DNA from: Amoebophrya sp. A120 | Taxonomy: Eukaryota; Protista; Dinoflagellata | Length of the DNA stretch: 64,000 nt | NCBI GenBank assembly: GCA_905178155.1 | Contig: CAJINV010000013.1 | Location: forward strand, 2,484,281-2,548,280 | Direction of reading: 5' to 3' | Shown: piece after piece, positions 50,061 through 60,900 of the stretch | How positions within the stretch are numbered: position 1 is the stretch's first letter | Layout of the letters: every line of letters begins with the position of its first letter | Notes under the pieces: model-generated | Told to the model about the DNA's origin: nothing | Seen by the model: the letters and a program-made list of their open reading frames with translations, nothing else | Database searches by the model: none | Translations under genes and position numbers: made by a program

Positions 50061-50939
50061 CACGAGCGGAGGGCGCACAGACGGCGGGGGGTACGCACGG
50101 CGAACGCCGCCGGCGGCCAAGCACCAGGCGAGCAGCTGCCCACCACCCTCCCCCGGCGCCCTCCCTCTGTTCGCGCAGGAAAAGCCGCGCCCCAGCGCCA
50201 GGCTTGCAGGCGAGCGGCTGCCCACCACTCTCCCCCGGCGCCCTCCCTCTGTTCACGAGGAGGCCGGCAGAGGGCGCCACCATCCGCCGTCTCTGTCTTG
50301 GAGGGTGCGCGCGAGGGAAACAGGCGGGGGCGGGACAGATTGCATGCCAGCTAACGCGGCGGGCGCCGTTGTTGCCCGGGGGTGCTGGGGGAGGGTGGTG
50401 GGCCCCTGCGCCTGGAGGGCAATGAATGCCCCGCCCCGGCGCCCGTCCCCCATCCACGCGCGCGACAGGGGCCCCAGCGCGCCCCTGCTCTGCAAGGCTG
50501 CGCGCGGGAGCAGGGCGGGGGGTGGCACCCACCAAGGCGCGCAGGGGCGGGGCACACATCCAGGCGGCAAGAACGGGCAACGCCACAGACGCGCGGGCGG
50601 GGCGTCACGCGCCAGCGCCTCGCATGGCGCGGACTGTAGTTCCCCTGCTTCCTTGCTCCGTCCACTGCCGCCCGCCCGCTGCCGCGCTTTGCGTTGCTGC
50701 TGGGGCCTAAGGCTTGCCGCCACGCAAGCGCGCGCCCAGTGCGGGCGGAGTCCTCGCGCTCGCACAACGACGGGAACTACGGGCGCCATGGCGCTCCGCC
50801 TTCGTTCTTCCAGCAAGAAGCGGCGCAGATGCCTGGCCCCGCCCTGCATCAAAAATTTTTTCCCTTGCCCACCCTCTGGCGTTTTTCTTTCCCCCCTGTC
50901 GACTCGTTCACCCTCCCACTGCGCGACATAAGCTGCGGC

Positions 50940-51360
50940 CTTGTAAATCTTGAAAGAATCCTCCATACCGATTCCCATCGATCATGACATATATTTAGAT
51001 TTCTTTTTTTCTATTTGAATTAACATCATTCCAACGAAATAATGACGAAATGATATGGGGTATTCCATGATGAATTAGATTTCGGAAATTCGGAGAATTT
51101 TTTTTTTGAATTTGGAATTATTTTCCGATATTCTTGAGAAGAGATCGAGAAATCAGAAAAAGATTTTCGGGAAATCATGTTGACTAAAAAGATTAAAAAT
51201 GATATCCGATTCCGATGGAGGGATATCAACACATCTAATTGCAAAAAATGATATTTGAATGATCATATGATTTTCGTTCTGATTCATTTTTAAATATAAT
51301 GGAATCAGAATTCTTCTTCATCTCGTCCTCTTTCTTTCATTTCCTTTCATCTCATCCTCT
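50940..51360. other. AT-rich non-coding block
   Basis: Same composition as 47640-48340; the two bracket the GC-rich arrays. Confidence 0.75.
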
Positions 51361-51650
51361 GTGAATGTTTGACCATCTAAGATGAGCACAATGCTCACAG
51401 CCATACGCGTATCCATATGTTCCGGATGAAGGAGTTTGTTATTCATCTCGTCATAAGTTACCTTGTTTATTTTTTTTGTTCAGCTTTCTCGTTTTCTTTC
51501 GTCGAGTGCAAATATGCCAGCACACGATGTAGATGAGCATGGTGTGACCTCCTGCCGATACTCACGCTAGCAATGCAGCGAGTGATCCTGAATAAGGCCA
51601 ACGGTGTAGGACACGCATTCGCGGCATGCAGCATGGCTTATTGTTTAAGC

Positions 51651-54233
51651 TTAGCTACACTGCGGGGACAATAAAACTGCAGATGCATGCAGGTCGGTCT
51701 CGATGTTGACATGACCAAGAGAGATGACATATTTGCACTCGCATAGATTTTCCCTCTCCTCCGGTTGTTGCAGCTGTTGTTTCCGTTCTTCCTTTCCAAA
51801 CCGAATCGCTTCCGGAGTCGGCGGACGGCCGTAAAAGAGCACGAATTCGTACCAGAAAGATTCCAGGTCCAGGATGTCGTTGTGTGACGCGGCAGGAGCG
51901 GCGTAGAAACTTGGACTAGTATAATTTTGAGTACTAGTGCCACTATTTATTTTACCGCTACCTTTACTACTTTTCGCGGTGGTCGTCCCTGCCGTAGTAG
52001 AAGTTCCTGTCTCGTCCGGAAGATCATGTCGATACCCGGCTCCTCCATTCATCGTCCCACCCAAAAGATGTTCCGCAAATTTTCGGTGCACTTCCCGGCC
52101 GTGCTCGATGGGACAGATTTCGTCCTGCGCGCCGTGAATCATGTGGATTTTTGTTCTTCCACCCTCACCCAACTGCGCAGTTCTTTTCTTTTTTTCTTCC
52201 TGATCCTGAAAACGCTCCAACTTCGCAAACAGCTCCTCCACCGCTTTCACGTTGTCCCACCGCTGCTCCGGCGGCACCGCAAAGTCCAGCACGAATTTTG
52301 GGACAGACTCGAGCTGTGGGAGCAATCTCTGTGCCATGTCCCGCACACTCGTGAACGGGGCCGAGAGGATCAGTGTGTCGAACTGACGGGAGGTCTTCGT
52401 CTTTCTCTTCTTCGCTGCTTCATCATTATCTTCGCCGGCCGCCGCAGTGGCTTGTTTTGCCAAATAATCCAGCAACGCCGCGCACCCGATGCTGTGCCCC
52501 AAGCCGTTGAACTGCAACTGCGCGACCGGTTCTGGGTCGCGCTCTTCCACGAGCTGCTCGAACCGGTTCAGGATTTCCACTATGCATGGCAAAAAGTTGT
52601 ACTACCGTACTAGTACTAGTTGCATCACAATGTTTTTTTCACAAGGAGAAATCGAAATGGAATTTGTCATGCTAACTCAGATCTACCATTACGTTACCAA
52701 GCCGATTTGTCGTGCATGACTGCGTTCTTTAGAAGTACGAGTACGATATACTTTTCTTCGCTGCGAGCGGATATCCACCGTGGACTGGTAAATGTTGTCC
52801 CGGTTCGGTTTGTATCCTGTGCAAAAGTATCGCATTCGTATAAATGCAAGTCTTGCATTTACAAATCTTTGTCTTCAGGCAAATCTGCATTACAAGCTGT
52901 CTGAGAAGTTACAAGCTGTCTGAGAACTGAGAAAGCACTTGCGCGAGAAAAAGAAGGCTGTACTGAACGAACAGGACGAGTTGTGAACGGGCCAAAGAGA
53001 CAATTGAGTCAAGCCCAGACAGGAAGAAGAAAGAAAGAAAGAAAGAAATCTGCATTACAAATTTTATTTCTCATGCTGAGGAAAGTTGTAATGCATTTAT
53101 ACGAATACGATACTTTAACTTTTGCAGTGCATAGTTTGTGCAGCGCCTCCGGATCGATTTCTTTTTCCTTCTCCGGTTCTACGTAGGTGCTGCCGTACCC
53201 CGGGTAGTCGGCAAAAATGAAGGCCGGCTTCTGGCGCGGCGTCGCCAGGTCCGGGAGGAGATCGGAGTAGTCCTTTTTCGCCCGTTCATCCGACGTTCGG
53301 CTCGTCCACTGAATCGCCGAAGAAAGCCACTCGAGCGCCACCATGCCGTTTCCGCCATACACCAACCAAACCTGTCGGATTGGCACTCCCGTAGTGCTAC
53401 TTGGGGGCCGCGAGGATGACACTGACGGGGAAGGAGCGGCGGCAGCAGAAGTAGTTTCTGATGCGGTTTGATGTTCATCTTCCGGAGCGTCCTTCACGGG
53501 AGGTCTGAAGTCGCGCTGGAAAAAATCAGTCGGGGCAAAGAGGAAAAATTTGCGGTGAGTGATTCTCTGTGCGCTGGGGTATGCATATTTTCCAAAAGTA
53601 GTTGTACCTCGTCAGCATGCGAAGCCGAAAGAGCTGAATCTGCGCAAGATCAAAATGATAAGTACTAGTACTGTGTCAACAATAAAATGCAAAGCGTCGC
53701 GCAGTGTTGTTGCGTTAAAAAAAAAAAGAATGCGCATCTACTGCGAAATCGTGTCGGGAAGGGAGCAAGGATCGGCGGTACAACAAAGGTGAGGGGAATG
53801 GCATGTCGATGCATGTTGAGACGCATGCAATACTAGGAATGTACTTCTGCGATAATCGGACAAATTGGTACCCTGATACCGATACCCGCCCGGCAGCTTA
53901 CAGTACGCATCCGATGAATGGCACAACAACTTTTGCAGAGGGTATATTACCGCCCCCGGATTGGGATTGCGCTGCTATTGGCACGGAGATTTCTTCCAAC
54001 TTGTAGTCGTTCCAGGTGACGTTGAGTAAGGGGGCGTAGCTGTTTTTTCCGTACGGCCTTGGGTAGTACATCAAGGACTCGATCAGTCGGCGCGGAATGT
54101 AGCGCAACACGAAGTACGAGGAGGCGGCCAGGGCGGCCACCGTGAAGGCGGTGGTCTTGCGGCCTGGAAGCCGGCTAGTGAAAGAACTACTCATGGTGAA
54201 GAAGCTGGAGGTGGAGCCGGGCTCGGGGGGCAT
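51651..54233 (-). CDS. Alpha/beta hydrolase, ABHD13/ABHD12-like
   Basis: N-terminal hydrophobic helix, LMYYP, YGGNG, DYPGYG, mini-exon GYKPNRDNIYQS (~52760-52823), GHSIG, SAPFTS, IHGAQDEICP, ASHND. 3' end approximate. Confidence 0.88.
52820..53126 (-). mobile_element. Non-canonical IR-bounded intron in the hydrolase gene
   Basis: Arms AAAGTATCG(C/T)ATTCGTATAAATGCA; TGCAC direct repeat; removing 308 nt gives KLCT|GYKP. A second IR-bounded intron lies at about 52588-52765. Confidence 0.72.
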
Positions 54234-55299
54234 GATCGTGAAAGTAAAACTTCTGGTAGAAGTGGACGAGTCACCGGTAGTTGCAAATGTTTTATTTTCT
54301 GCTGTTCTTTGAGGTTCGCTCAGTCTAGCACGACTACATGATCATGACTTGACAAATGTCGTAGTTTGACTCGGCAACCTCGTCGCGCTATTCGACCCAT
54401 AATGTGAAGAAGAATATCATGTTGGATGTTTTGTCTCTTTCTCGCCAAGGTCTCTGGTGTCTGCGTTACATCTAGTTCATCTGGGTCTACTACAAGTTGC
54501 ATCATCTTCATCACATTTGGCAAAAGAAACACGAAAAAAAGAATTTCTGCGGCCACTGCCAGCGCCACGGCCGATTCAATATCGCGGAAAAACGTAGCGA
54601 GTGTGTCTATTATCTCTGTTGTGGCGATTCATCTTTATTCATGATACAGTGCCATTGCTTCATCAATCTTCCTCGTATCAACAAGCTCGAGCTAGACTCA
54701 CCGCGACCATATCGGCAATACTAGCAGCAGAGTCAGTGCGTATGACATAAAATGAAAGTGCATTCGTGTCCTCGACAGGCTCTCCCCAATCATAACAACA
54801 AAATTCCATTTTGACTTTGGTGCTGAAACGTATATTCACAAAATTTATTTGATCAGAGTCAGACCCGAATACTTCGCAAATCATTGAAACACGGAAACAT
54901 TTTTCTAAACTCAAAATTGCTTGTGCGTTTTTCTCGTCGTAAAAACATGAATATCTTACACATCACGTAGCACCATCTGTGTGGTTTGTAGCGTATTTGT
55001 ACTTACTTTCATTACTTGCACTTGCTTATTGTTAGAGAAGGGCACGCTGTGGGACCTAAAAAACAACGGCTTCCGCTCCTGTAGCCTCAAAAACCAGCGC
55101 GGCCGCCGGAGAGTACTCCCGTCGTGTTGATTGGCCTCGTAAATGTCACGCGATTTGCCTCTTGTGGCGACGCAGTCCGCCCGTGATTGTGCTTGCTTTG
55201 GCGAAACGTTTCAAAACAACACAGAAAACGACCCAAGTGGCAGAGTCCCGTGCTGTTTGCCGCCGGATTGGGAGGCGCGGCAAACCGGCGCACTCCTGC

Positions 55300-56030
55300 T
55301 GTTTGGACCGCCTGGAGCGAGCGACCTTCCCCCGGTGGTACGGCCTCGATTTGACCAGAGGACTTCACAGAGGACCCGTCAGAGGGCCCGAAGATCCTCT
55401 GTCGGGTCCTCTGGCACAATTTGGAACGCTTCGGACGGCCTTTCCCCGATGGTACGGCCTCGATTTGACCAGAGGACTTTACAGAGGACCCGTCGGAGGA
55501 CCCGAAGATCCTCTGTCGGGTCCTCTGGCCCAATTTGCTTGGACCGCCTCGGGCGGCCTTTCCCCGATGGCACGGCCTCGATTTGACGTGACCAGAGGAT
55601 TTTACAGAGGACCCGTCAGAGGGCCCGAAGATCCTCGGTCGGGTGCTCTGGCCCAATTTGGACCGCCTGGAGCGACCTTCCCCCGGTGGTACGGCCTCGA
55701 TTTGGCCAGAGGATTTTACAGCGGACCCGTCAGAGGACCCGAAGATCCTCTGTCGGGTCCTCTGGCACAATTTGGACCGCCTCGGGCGGCCTTTCCCCGA
55801 TGGTACGGCCTCGATTTGACCAGAGGATTTTACAGAGGACCCACCAGAGGACCCGAAGATCCTCTGGCGGGTCCTCTGGCCCAATTTGGACCGCCTGGGG
55901 CGACCTTCCCCCGGTGGTATGGCCTCGATTTGACCATGGGATTTTACAGCGGACTCGTCAGAGGACCCGGAGATCCTCTGTCGGGTCCTCTGGCCCAATT
56001 TGGGCCGCTTCGGAAGGGCCTCCCCCGGTG
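55300..56030. repeat. 114-bp tandem repeat, about 6 copies, each with an internal inverted repeat
   Basis: CCTCGATTT at 55344, 55458, 55576, 55695, 55809, 55923; CCAGAGGA...TCCTCTGG in each unit. Confidence 0.92.
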
Positions 56031-56539
56031 GCATGGTCCGTCCCGATTTGGCCAGAGGCCAGAGGGCTGTGCACATGGACCGTCGAAGGGCTCCGCAGCC
56101 CTCTGATGCGGCACCACGGACATTGCGGCAAACCGGCGCACATTTTGAAACGCACTCGGGTGCAGGCGCGCGGCCTTCGGCGTGTCTGCAAGCGCGCTGC
56201 GTCAGTCTGTCTTAACTACACGGCCCGCGTTGTCCTCTCTTGGTTATCAAGACCCCACGCGGTTGCAGGCCGCCACATTTGCCGCGCTTTGGTTGTCAAA
56301 ACGCCGTTTAGACAACCACACAAACCACACAAGTTGGCAACTTGTAAGAACCAAGCCGAAGCAAGAAATGTGCGCCGGTTTGCCGGTGCCCGTGCTCACC
56401 GCCAACGCGGCAAGGGCAGGGACCCCTAGCTAAGGCCGGAGCCTCTGGCGCAAGGGCGCACCCGCCCCGGGCAGCCCGGGTGCCCGTCGGGGAGGGAGTG
56501 CAGCCCCGCAGGGCCGGCGCAGTCCGAGGGGCTAGCACG

Positions 56540-57660
56540 AATATCGGATCCCCCCTGGCAAGGGGAGATCCCCGGAGGCTGGAGCGAAAGCACCGGGGCG
56601 AGGGCGGATCCCCCGAACTGAGGAGGACCCACCCAAAGAAAGTTCGTAGGCTTGACCCCCCCGGGCAAAAGGTGCGATCCAGGGCGCGCGGATCCCTCCG
56701 CGGGAGGCGGACCGGCCCGCCGGGGCGAGGGCGGATCCCCCGAAGACCAGCCGGGTCCACCGAGGTGATCCCCGAGAACGGGCGGGCCCTCGGGGAGCGG
56801 GCGGATCCTCGGGGCGCGGGCGGATCCCCTGGGCGAAGGCGGATCCCCGAGTAACGGGCGGATCCTCGGGGCGCGGGCGGATCCCCGGGGAACGGGCGGA
56901 TCCTCGGGAAGCGGGCGGGTCCCCGAGTAACGGGCGGATCCCCTGGGCCAAGGCGGCTCCCCTGCGGGAAGGCGGATCTCCGGGAAGCGGGCGGATCCCC
57001 GAGGAGCGGGCGGCCCCCCTGCGGGAAGGCGGATCCCCGGGAAGCGGGCGGATCCCCGAGGAGCGGGCGGATCCTCGGGGCGCGGGCGGATCCCCGAGTA
57101 ACGGGCGGATCCCCGAGGAGCGGGCGGCTCCCCTGCGGGAAGGCGGATCCCCGGGGAGCGGGCGGATCCCCGAGGAGCGGGGAGACCCTCGGGCCGAGGG
57201 CGGATCCCCGAGTAACGGGCGGATCCCCGAGTAACGGGCGGATCCCCTGGGCGAAGGCGGATCCCCGGGGCCAAGGCGGATCCCCGGGAAGCGGGCGGAC
57301 CCCCTGCGCGAAGCCGGATCCCCGGGGAATGGGCGCCCGCGCTCCTGGGCGAAGGCGGATCCCCGAGTAACGGGCGGATCCCCTGCGCGAAGGCGGATCC
57401 CCGGGGAATGGGCGGGCTCCTGGGCGAAGGCGGATCCCCGAGTAACGGGCGGATCCCCGGGGCGAAGGCGGATCCCCGGGAAGCGGGCGGATCCCCTGGG
57501 CGAAGGCGGATCCCCGGGGAACGGGCGGATCCCCGGGAAGAGGGCGGATCCCCGGGGAAGTTGGCGGACCCCCGGGGGCGAGGGCGGATCCCCGGGGGCG
57601 AGGGCGGATCCCCCGGGGAGCGGGCGGATCCCCGCGGGCGAGGGCGGATCCCCCGGAGAA
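56540..57660. repeat. GGCGGATCCCC minisatellite, ~20-21-bp period
   Basis: Dozens of GGATCC-centred units. Confidence 0.93.
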
Positions 57661-57902
57661 CGGGCAATCTGTTTCACGGGCGATATACGTGCTTCACGGT
57701 ATTTAATTTCCCGAAAAATAACAAGCGGCCTTCGTAGTTCCGTCGTGTTTCGCGTTTTAGGTCTCAGAGCGTACCGGTCTCTATTGTTAGTAGAAGTAGC
57801 ACTGAACAGGCTTTCCTAGCTGCATCTTCTGTTCCTAGGTTCATCTCCTCTCACGAGGACCGGATGCCGTGGTCGACAGTCGTAGTTCTTCTTCTTTTAG
57901 TG

Positions 57903-60900
57903 TTAGGTCTCATTCGCTTCATCCGACTGCAGATCAATCGTTCTCTCCTCCTGAGAGTGCTGCAATATCAACACGGACTGTGAGTGCGAGGACGTCGTAT
58001 TGTAGTTCGGTACTACCGTAGCTTCGTGATTGTGCCTGTCCGCATCTTCCAGATCAACCGTAACCTTGCTGGACGGACTTTTTGTGGTGTGATTTTTATT
58101 GTTCACACCAGGTCCCCGTCCTCCACGTCGCTCCGTGCTACCTTTGCTAGACGAGGTGACTTTGCTTGTCGAGGGAGGTGGCAAGTTTCTAGGCGAGCAC
58201 GGGGAGGCAAGGACAACTGCTTGTTTTTCAGCTTGCGCAGAGCAGTAGGTGTTTACTCCGCTCTTAGTGGTAGTGATGCCAGGACCTGCTCCAGAGACGA
58301 CAGTCGTAGTTTCGGGGTTGTTCTTCATCATACCAATACTGGATCGCACCCCGATCCCGCCAATCGTCGCACGTGGAGTGCTCAACAGCGAGCTGACTCC
58401 AGGAGCTACTTGTCTTGTTGCATCACGCAAATGTTGATGAACAACTGCGGGATGATGTTGGAGTTGGGCAAAGCCAGCACTAGAGGAAGCACTACTAGCC
58501 GCCCCCGCCACGGGAGATGGAATATTTTTGACAACACCGCCGCAGGAACTCAAGTCCGCCTGCTTCAAGCGGGCGGAATTTGTGTAGTTCAACCTGGGGG
58601 TGAAAACGCCGTTGCATTTCTCCGTGATCCGCAGCTTGGGCATTTCGATCTTGTGCAACTGCTGGTCGTTGCTCGTTGTTCCTAAAGTCAGCATGTGCGC
58701 CACGGAAGAATTCGGGCTCCAGTATCCGGTAGCCCGGGTCCATTGTGTGTCGGCGGGAATGACGAGAGCAGTAGTGCCTTCTTCTTGATGTTGAAAGTGC
58801 TTCTGACCACTTCGCTTACTTTGCGGCTGCTCCTGGAACTGGTGCGCTCTAGTACCTGACGGCGAAGATGAGCCTGTTCCTCCTGCTGGGCTCGCCATGT
58901 TACTTGTAGTGCCGCCCACCACGTTTCGCGGCGGGGAAACTATCCTCCGTGCGGCGAGTTTTTCGAATTTGTTCGCAGAGGAAGCGAAGTTGCCCACGCG
59001 CATCTGCTCCTCCGCGAGCCGGGGGGAAGCTTGGACCGCGTGCACTTCCGTCACCAGGATTTCGTGTAGTTCATCGTGCTCCTGGTCATCTAAGTTGTAG
59101 CACGACTCAGAGGCGCTGTAGTTGTTTTCCGCATCAAGTGTAGCCTCATGCTGCCTACTGACTCTTGTCACGCCAGACTTTATGAGCAAAGGCTGGGTGC
59201 GTCGAGGGGTGTAGTTTCTGTTTTTCTCCGCCACGACGGCCACTGGTTCTGTAGAAGAGGTAGTTCCTGCACAATCATCGTTACAGCCAGCAGCGAGCGC
59301 AGAAGTAGAGAAGCTACAGGAATTAGAACACGCGACGTCGTCGTTTGCTCTGCCTACTAACTGGGGATCACGCACTCGCACCTCACCGGAAGTAGATGAA
59401 AACTCTTGCTGTGGAGGATCTTCGTCGTGTACCGCTATGGACGCACACTCATTTATTCCGGTACCATCGCGATTACGATAGCTATCGGGAAATAATCACG
59501 ATAGCTAGCGGAAACGAGTGCGCTGCCGCCGTAGGTTGTGCCGTTTAGAGCCCGACGGTGCACCTCAAACGCCGCAAAAAGGGCTCTGCGAACGTGCAGG
59601 CGCCGGCGCGGTTCACGCCCGATCGCGGCCTCACTACTTTCCGACCGCTGTTGCCAGGTGGGATTTACACTGTGGCGCCCCATTTGGAAATAAGGCTCTA
59701 CGCCCCCGGCAAAGAGGGCGGAAGAGAACATATAAACGACGGCCACCAGAGCAATTCACATGGCAAGACAAGCTCACGCATATCTATGTCCGCATACCAA
59801 ACGCAAACGGAGCATGCAGCCGCGCTCCATAGCGCGGCCGGGCGCCTTGTCAATACCGACTCGCCGAGCGCGTGCAAAAACAGGGCAGCTGGCTGCCGGC
59901 TTCGCGTCGGGCCACGGCTCCCTAATACGACTATACTGTCTGACAAGGTTAGACGGTCGGCACTGCACCGGGCTAGGTCCCCTCCGCAGCGAAATGCGCA
60001 TGCAATGCGCCGCTGCCGAGCTCCGGCGGCCCGGCCCAACGCACACGTTGTGCGTCGATTCTTGGAGAGGAGGGCCTGGGTCAGGCCACAGTCGCTAGAC
60101 CCACCCCCACGCCAGGCAACAAATAAAAGCAAAAGGACGAAAATTGGCCCGAGCAGTCCCCGCGCGCCCGAGGTTGCTGGCCTTCCATTCACCCCTGCCT
60201 ACCAAGAAACGCGTGGTGGTCTCGGTGGCCGTGAGCCCTACGGGCTCTGCGCCAACCATGATTCAAAAATAAGATGAACTGGGCAGGCACGCACGTTGTC
60301 GCACAGCGGCAGTGCGCGTCTCGCTCGCAGGGCCAAGCAAGGTGCGGCCCAACCTCCCACACAGAGCTATCGCCCACCTGGGAAAAACCTCTGGAACGAG
60401 GGCCGGCCAAGAAAAAAAAGGCTGCGCAGACGAACGCCAACCAGGCCGAGATTCTCGATTCTAGCGGCGAAACAGCTCGGGCGAAGGTGTTTCGACGTCG
60501 AAACACCTCCGCGCGACCTGTTTCGACAAAACGCCAGCGATTAAATCGGCGAAACACCTTGGCGCGACCTGTTTCGCCGATTGAATCGGGACGCTGGGCC
60601 CGCCGGGCCTGGTGCGCGGTGACGGCGCCCGCGCAACAGAAGCAGAACAGAAAAAGAGGGAACATCCAGCGGAATAGGGCCGCAGTTGTTCATAGCCTAA
60701 CTCTTGCTGCGGATCTTCGTCGTGTACCGCGAAACATGAAGAACTCGACGTAGTTGCATGTCTTGTGTGGTCGTCACGCGTTTTCATCTTGGACGGCGCA
60801 TTGTTTATTCTCGCTTGCTTCCCTGCGGTAGAGGCGATTCTCGCGGCGGTCCTGACACCTTTGTTTCCCGCCCCCGCTGCAGCAGCTCCCCGTGGCGACT

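Larger units (their letters stand above)
29600..51600. mobile_element. ~22-kb mobile-DNA island (termini not identified; single element or nested cluster)
   Basis: No conserved housekeeping gene between 29465 and 51651; contains transposase, recombinase, ParB-like and J-domain ORFs with frame disruptions, with repeat arrays near both ends. Confidence 0.55.
55035..57781. mobile_element. 2747-bp non-autonomous TIR element with 8-bp TSD (hAT-like)
   Basis: GAGAAGGGCACGCTGTGGGACCTAAAA versus inverse GAGACCGGTACGCTCTGAGACCTAAAA; TATTGTTA at 55027-55034 and 57782-57789. Confidence 0.85.

Noticed and set aside
48295-50987. Long overlapping ORFs of 220-609 aa
   Set aside because: They are translations of stop-poor minisatellites open in nearly all frames; no evidence of coding.
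47640-51360. The two AT-rich blocks as long terminal inverted repeats
   Set aside because: Only short matches such as GATTTACA were found; no alignment or TSD by eye.
52588-53127. Single 545-nt intron defined by a TGCAT direct repeat (in frame)
   Set aside because: A family-consistent mini-exon (GYKPNRDNIYQS) lies inside, so two introns fit better.
55087-57737. ORFs of 247-413 aa
   Set aside because: Produced by the 114-bp and GGATCC tandem arrays.
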